A stretch of DNA of 63,531 nt, the filler included. It is 6 parts of 6 records of this genome, joined end to end, with 100 filler letters (N's around TTAATTAATTAA, not from the genome) between each part and the next. Parts side by side here need not be neighbours in the genome. Positions count along the whole stretch, not along the records: positions 8,763 to 15,695 come from SRR31156797_14568; positions 15,796 to 22,690 come from SRR31156797_14572; 4 more parts are not named here. One strand, given 5' to 3'. Of this stretch, positions 10,065 through 20,615 are shown one piece after another (within the stretch, counting starts at the first letter, position 1; every line of letters starts with the position of its first letter). The notes beneath the pieces were generated by a model that saw nothing but the letters and a program-made list of their open reading frames with translations, was not told where the DNA came from and did not search any database. The translations under genes were made by a program, and so were the position numbers.

Positions 10065-10611
10065 AAATATGCATGTATGCCCGGCTGAAATTGCAGGTAT
10101 TCTTGACAATAGGTTTCGAAGGAAGCTTCAGGATCCCGGAAGTATCATGAAACCTTTCATAAAAGAAGGTATGAAGGTGCTTGATCTAGGTTGTGGACCG
10201 GGTTTTTTCTCTGTGGAAATAGCTAAAATAGTTGGTGACTCCGGTAAGGTCATTGCAGTAGATCTTCAGGAAGGAATGCTCCATAAAGTTAAAAACAAGA
10301 TTCGTGGTACTGAACTTGATAAACGTGTGAAACTACACAAGTGTGAGGCAACAAAAATAGGTATTTCTGAAAAGGTTGATTTTGTCAACACTTTTTATGT
10401 GCTTCATGAGGTTCCTGATCAGCAAAAAACCCTCGCTGAAATAAATGATATGCTCAACCCCAATGGCTTTTTATTGATATGTGAACCATGTCTTCACGTG
10501 TCAGGTAAGGCTTTCAAAAGAACAATAACAATTGCTGAGTCTATGGGTTTTATTCCTGTTGGAAATCCAAAAATATTCTTTAGCAGGGCGTTGCTACTGA
10601 AAAAAGGCTGA
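10054..10611 (+). CDS. Class I SAM-dependent methyltransferase (UbiE-like)
   Basis: VLDLGCGPG motif I, VIAVD, VLHE. Start at ATG 10054 after GGAGG. Confidence 0.88.
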   Translation: MDPKNMHVCPAEIAGILDNRFRRKLQDPGSIMKPFIKEGMKVLDLGCGPGFFSVEIAKIVGDSGKVIAVDLQEGMLHKVKNKIRGTELDKRVKLHKCEATKIGISEKVDFVNTFYVLHEVPDQQKTLAEINDMLNPNGFLLICEPCLHVSGKAFKRTITIAESMGFIPVGNPKIFFSRALLLKKG

Positions 10612-10677
10612 TTTATTTTTACTGATACCAAAACACCTAAGTAAAGTTGGCTACTTCGATTGCTCAGAGATGATAAA

Positions 10678-11109
10678 TTGGCAGTAAAAGACGGTGACAC
10701 GATTAAAGTAGAATATACAGGCACACTTGATGACGGCTCTGTTTTTGATTCCTCAGAAATTCATGGCCAGCCTCTTGAGTTTACAGTGGGTTCCGGTAAT
10801 GTCCTGAAAGGTTTTGATGAAGCTGTAAGGGATATGGAACCTAATGCAGAGAAAGAGATCAGGCTTGAACCTGAGGAAGCATATGGGGAGTATCAGAAGT
10901 CTCTTGTTGATACTGTAGCCCTTGATCTTGTCCAGACAAATGAGATGCAAATGGAAATAGGTAAGATATTCATTATGCAAACCCCGCACGGGCAGCAAAT
11001 GCATGCAAAGGTTATTGAATTGACAGATGAAGAAGTTACTTTTGATCTTAATCATCCTCTTGCCGGGAAAGCACTAACATTTAATATCAAAATTTTAGAG
11101 ATCAATTAG
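10678..11109 (+). CDS. slyD: FKBP-type peptidyl-prolyl isomerase, SlyD-like (short, no His tail)
   Basis: VEYTGTLDDGSVFDSS, PEEAYG, DLNHPLAGKALTF. TTG start assumed. Confidence 0.9.
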   Translation: MAVKDGDTIKVEYTGTLDDGSVFDSSEIHGQPLEFTVGSGNVLKGFDEAVRDMEPNAEKEIRLEPEEAYGEYQKSLVDTVALDLVQTNEMQMEIGKIFIMQTPHGQQMHAKVIELTDEEVTFDLNHPLAGKALTFNIKILEIN

Positions 11110-11430
11110 ATCTCCTTTTTTATTTCGTTCGTTTTCTGAAACTATAAAGTGTTTTTCTCATAATGATGATACTCATTATATAGGAAAGAATAGATATATT
11201 TATATATTAGGTAAATATACTTAGTGTTGTAGTCAATTGGATTAAACACTCTGATTGACCATATGGCCATTCGGTGGTACGATTTGGACATGATCAAAAC
11301 TAAAGCAAAAAACGAAATATTCCGAATGTAACAAACCTCTCCCACATTACTCCCAAACCACACAGGGTTTGTTGCATTCAGCTTTAGTTACTGTTTCTGA
11401 TTTTATATAATCCTGAACTAAAGAATAAGA

Positions 11431-12870
11431 TTACATTGCATCCTTTGATGCCTTTGTGAAGAACTCTATTGCCTGTGCCAATTCCTTATTGTCCTTTGCA
11501 TATTCTTCGATATCCATACCCTTAAGGTAGGCATCACATGCCTGTACAAGAGCCTTTGCACCTGCCTGTGTTCCTTCGGGATGAGCGTGCACTCCTGAGC
11601 CCATTGTGGTTATGAAATCCACATTTTCCATCACATCAATGAAAGGCTTAAGTCTCACGGGGTTCAGACCACCTGACACAATAGGGCAGCATTTCTTCAT
11701 GCCTCTCCAGCTATCATCCTCGAGCACTACATGATGTGCCAGATCCTCGTTCACAATGGCTATTGCATCCTTGTCCGTCTCAGGTATCTTGGACCAGCTC
11801 TGTTTGAAGAAATGGCCTTCTGCACTCATGTACTGGATCTCATGTGCTGCAACAACATCTTCCTTCGGTGTTCCCTTCATCTTGCCCACGCCGGCAGTGC
11901 CTGTGTGAATTCCTGAAGCACCTGCAAGTCTTGCGAACTTGGAGAGTACCAGTACAGAGAATCCAAGTGGATTTTCCGGTCTTGTATAAGCTCCGTGGGC
12001 TGCCCTGTGGAAGTGAATGAAAACGTTTGGATACCTGCGTCTGAGTGTCTGGACGGCCATCCATCCGGCAGTAATACCATCAATGAGGAATGCATAGCTT
12101 CCCGGTTCGAAACCTGCATTGACTATCATCTCACACCTTTCGATCATAGTATCGAAGTCTGCGGCTGATACATTGAATGAGTGGACCTTCTTCTGTCCTG
12201 TTTCCCTGACAGCCTTATCCATGGCTTCCTTTACATGGTCAACCATCTTTTCATAGGGACAGAAATCCTGGTTTGCCTGTGGCTCATCATTCTTGACAAA
12301 GTCGCCACCACCTGCCCAGAAGTCATAGCAGACCTCGGCATACTCAGCAGATGTGAGTCCCATCTTCGGTTTAACAATAGTCCCGAGGATCGGCCTGTCA
12401 TACACGTTGAGATATGCTCTCATATTATCAACTGTGTAGCTCGGACCGTCATACTGTTCAAGCATGGATGGCGGGAACCATACATCCAGCAGTTTCAGGG
12501 CTGCAACTTCTTTCATTCCAAGGATATTGCCTACGATATAGGTAAGGATGTTCTGGACATTGCCTCCCCTGTCAAAGAGCCTCCATGGATATGCGATCCA
12601 CACGAGTTCCCTCTCAAGATCAAGCTGGTAGACCAGTGCGTTCATTGTCCTTGAGAATGGGGTTTCGGTATTGACCTTGAAATTCGTACCTGTGGATGAT
12701 TCGGCAGCGACCTCTGCAGCTGCCTGTAGTACATTGAACTTACCTCCAGGCACTATATGGAAAACACTGAGCAGGTATTCCCCATTGGTCGGGTCCGGCA
12801 ATTCCAGATTGACATATGCTTCCTGTTTCGGATTGAGCGATTTTACCAGATCATCGTGATTAGAACTCAT
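11431..12870 (-). CDS. rbcL: RuBisCO large subunit, form II/III (Methanococcoides burtonii type)
   Basis: AAESSTGT, GTIVKPKMG, GDFVKNDE (catalytic KxDE), HFHRAAHG, GKM loop 6, SGG, GSGVHAHP; carries the WSKI...EDDSW insert. Start at ATG 12870. Confidence 0.96.
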   Translation of the reverse strand: MSSNHDDLVKSLNPKQEAYVNLELPDPTNGEYLLSVFHIVPGGKFNVLQAAAEVAAESSTGTNFKVNTETPFSRTMNALVYQLDLERELVWIAYPWRLFDRGGNVQNILTYIVGNILGMKEVAALKLLDVWFPPSMLEQYDGPSYTVDNMRAYLNVYDRPILGTIVKPKMGLTSAEYAEVCYDFWAGGGDFVKNDEPQANQDFCPYEKMVDHVKEAMDKAVRETGQKKVHSFNVSAADFDTMIERCEMIVNAGFEPGSYAFLIDGITAGWMAVQTLRRRYPNVFIHFHRAAHGAYTRPENPLGFSVLVLSKFARLAGASGIHTGTAGVGKMKGTPKEDVVAAHEIQYMSAEGHFFKQSWSKIPETDKDAIAIVNEDLAHHVVLEDDSWRGMKKCCPIVSGGLNPVRLKPFIDVMENVDFITTMGSGVHAHPEGTQAGAKALVQACDAYLKGMDIEEYAKDNKELAQAIEFFTKASKDAM

Positions 12871-13024
12871 ATAAAGGAAAAGAGACTGCAATCTATTTTA
12901 GTTTTTGGAATGTCGGACCATTCCTAAAAATCAGAGTGAGAACAAATGGGAAAAGAACGATACTTTTTTCCCGAAAATAGTGATATTGCAAATTAATTTA
13001 ACCAAAGAAAGACCACATTCTTGT

Positions 13025-15682
13025 ATGGGTGGGGAAGTTAGCTGGTATCGTACAAGTCCTGAGGAGACATTCAATCTTCTTGAGACCGGAAAGGAAGGGT
13101 TGAAAGAGGAAGAGGCCAGCCTTCGCCTTTCAAAACATGGTTACAATGAAGTTGAGACAAAGAAGAAACACGGACCAGTATATCTGTTCTTAAAGCAATT
13201 CAAAAATCCTCTCATCTATGTGTTGATCACTGCAGCAATCGTCACATTCTTACTTGACGAATATGCGGATTCTGCTGTCATAACAGGTGTTGTTCTTGCT
13301 AATGCCCTCATAGGTTTTGTACAGGAGAAAAAAGCGGAGAATGCCCTTGAACTGCTTGCAAAGATGATGCAACCGGAAGCCACTGTGCTGAGGGATGGTC
13401 TGCGTGAACAGATCCATAGCCGGGAACTGGTTGTTGGTGATGTGGTTCTTCTTGAAGCTGGAGCAAGGGTTCCGGCAGACCTTCGTTTGTTCCAGACCAG
13501 GAATCTCAGTATAGATGAATCGGCCCTAACTGGTGAATCTGTGGCTGCAGAGAAGAATATCACAGCCCTAACGGGTGAGGATGTGCCCCTTGGTGACCAG
13601 AAGAACATTGCTTTTTCAGCCACACTTATCACACAGGGAACTGGAATGGGTGTAGTGGTGTCAACAGGTATCAATACCGAGATCGGCAAAATTTCGGAAC
13701 TCATCAGGGAAACTGAAGTCTTAGCAACCCCTCTCACACGCACGATAAATCGTCTGGGGAAACGACTTTTCATCGTTATCATACTGCTTTCCATCGTTAC
13801 ATACGTGATCGGAAGAATCCAGGGTTTTGAGAACCTGGAAATATTCCTTGCCACTGTAAGCATGGCTGTGGCAGCTATCCCTGAAGGATTGCCTGCACTT
13901 ATCACCATATCCCTTGCCATAGGTGTGAAAGCCATGGCATCAAAAAATGCCATAGTAAGGAATCTGCCATCTGTTGAAACATTAGGTTCGGCAAGTGTCA
14001 TCTGTTCGGATAAGACCGGCACCCTCACGATGAACCAGATGACCGTGATATCCATATACACTTCTGAAGGCATGTTCTCTGTTACAGGTGACGGATACTC
14101 CGTAGAGGGAGATTTCTATCAGGACCAGCGGCGGATAGATGCAGCGAAGTATCCTTCTCTTGTGCAGACGCTCAAAGCCGGAGCCCTTTGCAATGATGCC
14201 TACATGAAGGAAGAAGGAGGCATTGATGGTGACCCCACAGAACGTGCTTTGCTCGTGTCAGGAAGAAAGTTATCAGCTTTCCACCTTCCAAGACTGGATT
14301 CTATACCTTTTGAATCAGAAAAGATGTTCATGGCAACTCTGCATGAACTGGAAGAAGGTTCCAACATCGTGTATGTAAAAGGCTCGCCCGAAAAGATTGT
14401 GACCATGTGCAATTCCCGGTATGACGGTGAGGAAGAAGCAGACCTTCATGGTGGTAAGATACTGGAAGCAGCATCCGAAATGGCATCAAAGGGACTGCGT
14501 GTCATAGCAATGGCATACAGATATGTGGATCAGAATAAAAAAGAGCTAAGTTCCGAAGATACTCATGACTTTACCTTCCTAGGATTGCAGGGTATGATGG
14601 ACCCTCCAAGGGAAGAGGCCATGGAAGCGATAGAAAAGTGCAATAGCGCTGGCATCAGGGTTATAATGATTACCGGGGACCATGCCCTCACAGCAAACAG
14701 CATTGCCGGACAGCTTGGGATCAGGACTGATGGTGTGCTGACTGGCTCGGACCTGGAAGCCATGTCCGATGAACATCTTTCGGAAGAACTGGAAACAATA
14801 TCTGTCTTTGCCCGTACCTCTCCTGAAGATAAATCACGCATAGTAAGCCTGCTTCAGGAGAAAGGTAAGGTGGTGGCTGTCACAGGGGATGGCATCAACG
14901 ATGCACCTGCCCTTAAACGAGCAGACATAGGTGTAGCCATGGGCATGTCCGGTACCGAGGTTGCCAAGGAAGCTTCTGACATGGTCCTTGCAGATGATAA
15001 TTTTGCATCGATCGTCAACGCTGTAGAAGAAGGAAGGGATGTCTATGACAAGATACAGAAGGTAATCCTCTGGACACTACCTACCAATGCAGCAGAAGGA
15101 CTTGCTATTATGACAGCAGTTCTATTAGGGATAACGAACCCTCCTCTTTTGCCTATCCACATCCTCTGGATCAACACTGTTACAGCTATAGGGCTTGGTG
15201 TTCCCATTGTATTCGAGCCAAAGGAAAAAAACCTTCTTATGAGGGCACCACGCCCACCGAACGAACCGTTACTTCTCCCGGTGATCAAGCAAAGAATAGT
15301 GATCGTAGCGCTCTTGATGGTAACTGCAAGTTTCCTGCTTTTTTTCGAAAAGACAAGTGCAGGTGTCGATATATCAAAGGCACAGACAATTGTCCTGAAC
15401 ACCATTGTCCTTTTTGAGATATTCTACCTCTTCACTTCAAAATCAATCTATGAGAATGTCTTTGACCGCTTGTTCTCGAATCGTGCAATGCTTGGAGGAA
15501 TAGCCATTGTGCTATCACTGCAAATCTTCATTACATACAATTCCCTGATGAACAATGTTCTGAGGACCTCTCCGCTCGATATCTCTGACTGGATAGCGAT
15601 TGTATTTATCTCAAGTACGGTGTTCTTCCTGATCGAAGCAGAAAAGAGACTGCATAAACGATTCAGGGAAAATAAAGCATGA
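13025..15682 (+). CDS. Cation-transporting P-type ATPase (P2A, Ca2+-like)
   Basis: TGES, PEGL, DKTGTLT, KGSPE, MITGD, TGDGINDAPALK. Start at ATG 13025. Confidence 0.95.
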   Translation: MGGEVSWYRTSPEETFNLLETGKEGLKEEEASLRLSKHGYNEVETKKKHGPVYLFLKQFKNPLIYVLITAAIVTFLLDEYADSAVITGVVLANALIGFVQEKKAENALELLAKMMQPEATVLRDGLREQIHSRELVVGDVVLLEAGARVPADLRLFQTRNLSIDESALTGESVAAEKNITALTGEDVPLGDQKNIAFSATLITQGTGMGVVVSTGINTEIGKISELIRETEVLATPLTRTINRLGKRLFIVIILLSIVTYVIGRIQGFENLEIFLATVSMAVAAIPEGLPALITISLAIGVKAMASKNAIVRNLPSVETLGSASVICSDKTGTLTMNQMTVISIYTSEGMFSVTGDGYSVEGDFYQDQRRIDAAKYPSLVQTLKAGALCNDAYMKEEGGIDGDPTERALLVSGRKLSAFHLPRLDSIPFESEKMFMATLHELEEGSNIVYVKGSPEKIVTMCNSRYDGEEEADLHGGKILEAASEMASKGLRVIAMAYRYVDQNKKELSSEDTHDFTFLGLQGMMDPPREEAMEAIEKCNSAGIRVIMITGDHALTANSIAGQLGIRTDGVLTGSDLEAMSDEHLSEELETISVFARTSPEDKSRIVSLLQEKGKVVAVTGDGINDAPALKRADIGVAMGMSGTEVAKEASDMVLADDNFASIVNAVEEGRDVYDKIQKVILWTLPTNAAEGLAIMTAVLLGITNPPLLPIHILWINTVTAIGLGVPIVFEPKEKNLLMRAPRPPNEPLLLPVIKQRIVIVALLMVTASFLLFFEKTSAGVDISKAQTIVLNTIVLFEIFYLFTSKSIYENVFDRLFSNRAMLGGIAIVLSLQIFITYNSLMNNVLRTSPLDISDWIAIVFISSTVFFLIEAEKRLHKRFRENKA

Positions 15683-15695
15683 TAGCTTTCGGTTC

Positions 15696-15795
15696 NNNNN
15701 NNNNNNNNNNNNNNNNNNNNNNNNNNNNNNNNNNNNNNNTTAATTAATTAANNNNNNNNNNNNNNNNNNNNNNNNNNNNNNNNNNNNNNNNNNNN
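15696..15795. other. Artificial contig spacer
   Basis: N44-TTAATTAATTAA-N44. Confidence 0.99.
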
Positions 15796-16002
15796 GCCGA
15801 TGCCGGTATCAACGCGAAGGTGGAACAGGGCGCCTGGGACGGGATCGTTTCCGATCTGGCCGGGGCAATCAAGGCGGATCGGACCGCCGAAGGTCTTGTT
15901 GAAGCCATCACCGCCTGCGGGGGCCTTCTCTCTGAATATTTCCCCATTAAAGCCGACGATACCAATGAACTGCCCGACGGCCTGGTATTTCTGGAGGATT
16001 AA
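15796..16002 (+). CDS. TPM-domain membrane protein, C-terminal fragment
   Basis: ADAGINAKV...W..IV...FP...DDTNELPD, typical of the partner of YgcG/TPM proteins. Confidence 0.8.
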   Translation, partial: ADAGINAKVEQGAWDGIVSDLAGAIKADRTAEGLVEAITACGGLLSEYFPIKADDTNELPDGLVFLED

Positions 16003-16809
16003 ATGAAGAAAAAAATACTTACCTTTACGGGAGTTCTTCTCCTTGTCACTCTTTCCCTTTCCACTCTGGGGGCCTTGGAGGTTCCCGACCTGAAAGGCCG
16101 GGTGAATGACTATGCCTCGGCTCTCTCTTCCTCGGAGGAACGGCAGATTGAGGAGCTCCTTGCGGAACTGGAACGCCAGACTTCCGCTCAGGTGGCCGTC
16201 CTGACAATTTCTTCCCTGGAAGGAGATTCGCTGGAAAGTTTTTCCATCCGGACGGTGGATACGTGGGAGCTGGGACAGGCGGATGAGGACAACGGAGTTC
16301 TGATTCTTGTGGCTACCGCCGACCGGAAGATCCGGATTGAAGTCGGTTACGGCCTGGAAGGGGCGCTTACCGATGCAAAATCAGGGTATATCATCCGGGA
16401 GATCATGGCGCCGCGTTTTCGGAGCGGTGACTATGCCGGTGGGATTTACGCCGCCGTTCAGTCGGTGGGGGGTGTTATCACCGCCGAGGCGGATATAACA
16501 CCAGCCCAGCTGGAAAAGTCGTCGGAAAAGGCGGGCAGTTCCGGCGGCTCGTTTAATTTCTTCATTCCCTTTCTCTTTATCTTTTTCGGAATTTTGAGGG
16601 GACTCGGCCGGGGCTTCGGCCGCCGGCGCTACTACCGGAGCGGAGGAGCCGGGGGAGTGGGCAGAGCCCTTTTCTGGGGGTCGGTTATCGGTTCCGCAAC
16701 CCGTCACTCTTCCCGCGGAGGCTTCGGCGGAGGCGGCGGTTTCGGCGGGGGAGGGTTCTCCGGCGGGGGAGGCGGTTTCGGCGGAGGCGGAGCTTCCGGC
16801 GGCTGGTAA
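16003..16809 (+). CDS. TPM-domain (YgcG/DUF477) protein with Gly-rich tail
   Basis: GRVNDYA, DNGVLILVA..DRKIRIEVGYGLEG, FGGGGASGGW end. Confidence 0.93.
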   Translation: MKKKILTFTGVLLLVTLSLSTLGALEVPDLKGRVNDYASALSSSEERQIEELLAELERQTSAQVAVLTISSLEGDSLESFSIRTVDTWELGQADEDNGVLILVATADRKIRIEVGYGLEGALTDAKSGYIIREIMAPRFRSGDYAGGIYAAVQSVGGVITAEADITPAQLEKSSEKAGSSGGSFNFFIPFLFIFFGILRGLGRGFGRRRYYRSGGAGGVGRALFWGSVIGSATRHSSRGGFGGGGGFGGGGFSGGGGGFGGGGASGGW

Positions 16810-16832
16810 TAACGCCGCTGTTTATAAGCTGG

Positions 16833-16868
16833 AGCCGGAGGTTTCGATCAGGAGACCTTCGGCTTTTC
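16833..16868 (+). terminator. Probable intrinsic terminator
   Basis: AGCCGGAGGTTTC / GAGACCTTCGGCT stem followed by a short T-run. Confidence 0.7.
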
Positions 16869-17033
16869 TATATCTCCGGATATAAAAAATATCTCCCGAT
16901 TGTTTGATAATTCCGCATTATTCCTTAAGAAAAACTGTGATAATTACCGGTTTATTAACCTTTTGTTATGGAAGAACCGGCCTAAGAAATAGTAGTATAC
17001 AGCTACACTTAAAAGAAATCAGCGGGAGTAAAT

Positions 17034-18152
17034 ATGGATATCAGGAAAATTGCCAATCCCGGCGCCCTGCAGGTAAAACCCTATGTGCCGGGTCGATCGA
17101 CCGAAGAAGTAAAAAAAGAGTACGGTCTGACCGACGTTATAAAACTGGCCTCCAACGAGAGCGCCCTGGGAGTTCCGGCCAAAGCCGTTCAGGCCCTGAA
17201 GGATTCGGCCGAAGGCTTGTACGTCTATCCCGATCCCGTCTCCTCCGCTCTCTGTGAAAAACTCGGAGAGCTTCACGGGGTGGACTCTGACTGCATTACC
17301 GTTGCAAACGGCGCCGACGGGGTTATCTATGAACTGGGAATGGCTGTTATCGGCCCCGGAGATGAGTGCATCTATCCGAAGACCACCTTTCCCATGTACG
17401 AAAGCTCGGTGAAGATTCAGAACGGAATTCCCGTTATTTCCGGTATGAAGGGAACAGGGATCGATTTAGACGATATCCTCCCCCGGATCACCGATAAAAC
17501 GAAAATCATCTACCTTACCAATCCGAACAACCCCACGGGGGAAGCCTTCGATCCGGAGGAGCTGAAATCCTTCCTGAAAAAGGTGCCCTCCCATATTCTG
17601 ATTGTTATCGATGAGGCCTACATACAGTTTGTTGAAGAGGGCGTCGATCCCGATTCGATCGGCCTGTTTAAGGACGGTATGGATAATCTCATCATCCTGC
17701 GGACCTTTTCAAAGATCTACGGTCTGGCGGGGATCCGGGTCGGTTACGGGATCGCCCATCCGGAGCTTATCAAGCTGATTCATTCGGTCAAGCCTCCCTT
17801 TCCCCTGTCGGTTTCGGCCCAGGCGATGGCCCTGGCGGCCCTGGATTGTGATGATTTCTTTGAAGCCGTTATCAACGATGTACGGACTTCGCGGAAACTC
17901 TACTATGAAAAACTCGATGCCATGGGACTCTCCTATGAGCGGAGTCATACAAACTTTTTGCTGATCGATACCGGCGTGGACTGCAAAAAGGTCTTTGAAG
18001 CCATGATGGCCCGGGGGATTATTATCAGACCGGCGGCGGGCTATGGTCTGCCGACTCATATCCGGGTGACCTTCGGAACTCCGGAACAGAACGCCGCTTT
18101 CTTTGCGGCCTTCGAAGACGTTATGGCGGAACTCTCCGGGGAGGGGAAATAA
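17034..18152 (+). CDS. hisC: Histidinol-phosphate/aromatic aminotransferase (PLP class I/II)
   Basis: PYVPG, KLASNE, NPNNPTG, DEAY, RTFSKIYGLAGIRVGY. Confidence 0.9.
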   Translation: MDIRKIANPGALQVKPYVPGRSTEEVKKEYGLTDVIKLASNESALGVPAKAVQALKDSAEGLYVYPDPVSSALCEKLGELHGVDSDCITVANGADGVIYELGMAVIGPGDECIYPKTTFPMYESSVKIQNGIPVISGMKGTGIDLDDILPRITDKTKIIYLTNPNNPTGEAFDPEELKSFLKKVPSHILIVIDEAYIQFVEEGVDPDSIGLFKDGMDNLIILRTFSKIYGLAGIRVGYGIAHPELIKLIHSVKPPFPLSVSAQAMALAALDCDDFFEAVINDVRTSRKLYYEKLDAMGLSYERSHTNFLLIDTGVDCKKVFEAMMARGIIIRPAAGYGLPTHIRVTFGTPEQNAAFFAAFEDVMAELSGEGK

Positions 18153-20011
18153 TGAAGAAACTTGTATCTGGAAATGAGGCCCTGGCCTACGGCGCCCTGG
18201 CTGCAGGCGTGGATGTGGTGGCCGGTTATCCCGGAACCCCCTCGACTGAAGCCCTGACGGAAATCCTGAAATTTGCCGGAGCAAATGAAGTTGCTCCCCG
18301 GGTGGAGTGGAGCGTTAACGAGAAGGTCGCTTTTGATGTGGCCACCGGCGGTGCCTGGAGCGGAAAAAGGGCTTTGGCCACCATGAAGATGTCCGGGCTC
18401 AATGTGGCCCTGGATTCGATTATGTCCGTCGCCTACTCGGGAACCACCGGAGGCTTCGTCCTCTATGTGGCCGATGATCCCGGAGCCGAAGCGGGGATGC
18501 CTGAACAGGATTCCAGGCTTTTTGCTCCCCTGGCAGGACTTCCTGTCCTGGAGCCCGGCTCCATCCGCGAGGTCTACGATATGACCATCGAGGCCTTCGA
18601 ACTTTCAGAGAAAACCGGCGCCCCGGTTCTGGTCCGGCTGGTAACGTCGGTCTCCCATGGGGAAGGCGAACTGGAGTGTGATTTTGACTATCAGCCCCGG
18701 AATACCGAACCCTGGCACAATAAGGACATTACCAAGTTCACAAAGGCCGGTTCTAAGATCTGTATCGATCAGCATAAGGACCTCCTCGACAGGCTTTCCG
18801 CCTGTGAAGGGATCTACGGAGAGAAGGGTTGGAACCGTTATATTCCCGGTGCTGCCGGTGAGGCGGAGAACGGAAAAATCTGCCTTGTCAGTTCCGGAGT
18901 CCTGAATGAGTATATGGGCGAGGTCCTCGCCGAGTTCCCGGGAGTTTCCTCTGTTCAGATGACAGCCACCTATCCCATTGATAAGGGATGTATCAAAAAA
19001 GCTTTTGAAGGCTGTGAGACTCTCGTTGTTCTCGAAGAGCTCGATCCGGCCCTGGAGATGCAGATCCGCAGCCTTGCCTCCACCGAAGGCTGGGAGGGAA
19101 AAATCATCGGCAAGCTCGAGGGAACCCTCCCGAAAACCGGCCGTTACTCCCTGGCCGAAATCAGGAAGGGGATCCTTGCCGCCCTCGGTAGGACTCCCGA
19201 TGCTGCCGCGGCGGTCGATACGCCCCAGTACAGGCATACCATCACCTTCTGTTCCGGCTGTCCCCACCGGGGAACCTACATGGCCCTGGATCGGGGGATA
19301 AAAAAAGCGGGACTCAAAAAGAAGGACGTTATCGTCACCGGAGATATCGGCTGTACCATCCTCGGCATGACGCCTCCCTTCTCCTCCTGCTGGACCGAGA
19401 TTTCAATGGGTTCCTCCATAGGGTTGGCCCAGGGCTTTGTCCACGGCGGTTTTGAGACTCCTGTTGTCGCCACCATCGGTGACTCCACTTTCTTTCACGC
19501 CGGGCTTCCGCCCTTAATCAATGCGGTTCAGCAGAATACGGATATCCTTGTGATCATCCTCGATAACGGCTGGACCAGCATGACCGGTTTTCAGGTGAAT
19601 CCGGGAACCCGGGAAGAGCAGCAGGTTGCCGGCAGCCGGCGGGTCGAGATGGAGAAGATCATCCAGGCCGTCGGCGTCGATTCCCTGGAGATTGTCGATC
19701 CCTTCGATCAGGAGCAGTCCACCGACGCGATTGCCAGGGCCCTGCAGATGAAGGGCGTCCGTGTCATCATCGAGCGGCAGGAGTGTGCTCTGACCCGGTT
19801 TCGCCGTGAAAAACCGGCACCGGCCTATGTTGTCGATCCGGAGAAATGCACCTTCTGCAGAGCCTGCATGAGGGAGACCGGCTGTACGGCTCTGGCGCCC
19901 GGCAAGGCGGGGGAGAAGGATGTGATGGTTATCGATCCGGATCTCTGTAAAAGCTGCGGCCTCTGTTTTACAAGCTGCCGGTTCGACGCGATTTCCAGGG
20001 AGGCAAAGTAA
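18152..20011 (+). CDS. iorA: Indolepyruvate:ferredoxin oxidoreductase alpha subunit
   Basis: SGNEA, GYPGTPSTE, EWSVNEKVA, FCSGCPHR, GDIGC, TPP motif GDSTFFHAG..ILDN, C-terminal ferredoxin. Confidence 0.95.
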   Translation: MKKLVSGNEALAYGALAAGVDVVAGYPGTPSTEALTEILKFAGANEVAPRVEWSVNEKVAFDVATGGAWSGKRALATMKMSGLNVALDSIMSVAYSGTTGGFVLYVADDPGAEAGMPEQDSRLFAPLAGLPVLEPGSIREVYDMTIEAFELSEKTGAPVLVRLVTSVSHGEGELECDFDYQPRNTEPWHNKDITKFTKAGSKICIDQHKDLLDRLSACEGIYGEKGWNRYIPGAAGEAENGKICLVSSGVLNEYMGEVLAEFPGVSSVQMTATYPIDKGCIKKAFEGCETLVVLEELDPALEMQIRSLASTEGWEGKIIGKLEGTLPKTGRYSLAEIRKGILAALGRTPDAAAAVDTPQYRHTITFCSGCPHRGTYMALDRGIKKAGLKKKDVIVTGDIGCTILGMTPPFSSCWTEISMGSSIGLAQGFVHGGFETPVVATIGDSTFFHAGLPPLINAVQQNTDILVIILDNGWTSMTGFQVNPGTREEQQVAGSRRVEMEKIIQAVGVDSLEIVDPFDQEQSTDAIARALQMKGVRVIIERQECALTRFRREKPAPAYVVDPEKCTFCRACMRETGCTALAPGKAGEKDVMVIDPDLCKSCGLCFTSCRFDAISREAK

Positions 20012-20613
20012 TGGTTAAATCAATTTTTCTGACAGGAGTCGGCGGCCAGGGGGTCGTCACCATGGCGAATCTTATCACCTCCCACCTTCAGGAGAGGGGA
20101 ATGAAGGTCTCCCTCATTCATGCCACAGGAATGGCCCAACGAGGCGGCCGGGTCACCTCGGAGATTCGTTTCTCCGATGATCCGGACCTTAACTTCGGTC
20201 CCCGGGTCTCCACCGGCGGGGCCGATTATCTTATAGGAATGGACCGGGCAGAGACGATCAATTCCGTCTCTTTCATTGCCGCCGACGGGGTGCTGGTTGC
20301 CTGTGATTACGCCCTCATCCCCTCTCAGACGGTTCTGAAGAAGGAACATTTTCCAGAAGTTTCGGAGGTCGAAGAGATCTTTTCCGACCGCTGCGGGAAG
20401 GTTGTAGCCGTTGGAAATCCTGAACGTCCTATGAATATGTATGTCCTGGGAATATTTTCCGCCGTCTGTCTTCAAGACCCCGAGCTCTCTGCTGTCTTTG
20501 CTCCCGAGGGTTTTGAAGCCTCTCTTAAGAAGCATCTGAAAAAGCAGGTCGATGAAAACCTGACGGTCTTCCGGAAAGGGGCTGCCGACGGGGCCCCCGG
20601 GAAGGACGCATAA
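20011..20613 (+). CDS. iorB: Indolepyruvate oxidoreductase beta subunit
   Basis: GVGGQG, GMAQRGG.V.S.IR; overlaps the iorA stop. Confidence 0.92.
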   Translation: MVKSIFLTGVGGQGVVTMANLITSHLQERGMKVSLIHATGMAQRGGRVTSEIRFSDDPDLNFGPRVSTGGADYLIGMDRAETINSVSFIAADGVLVACDYALIPSQTVLKKEHFPEVSEVEEIFSDRCGKVVAVGNPERPMNMYVLGIFSAVCLQDPELSAVFAPEGFEASLKKHLKKQVDENLTVFRKGAADGAPGKDA

Positions 20614-20615
20614 GC

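Noticed and set aside
11107-11140. Pyrrolysine read-through of the slyD TAG in the methanogen contig
   Set aside because: The stop falls at the natural end of the FKBP domain, a T-rich tract follows, and TGA occurs ten codons later.
11431-12870. Evidence for a Calvin cycle or a RuBisCO-like form IV protein
   Set aside because: No rbcS, PRK or cbb genes are present, and the catalytic motifs are those of a true form II/III enzyme.
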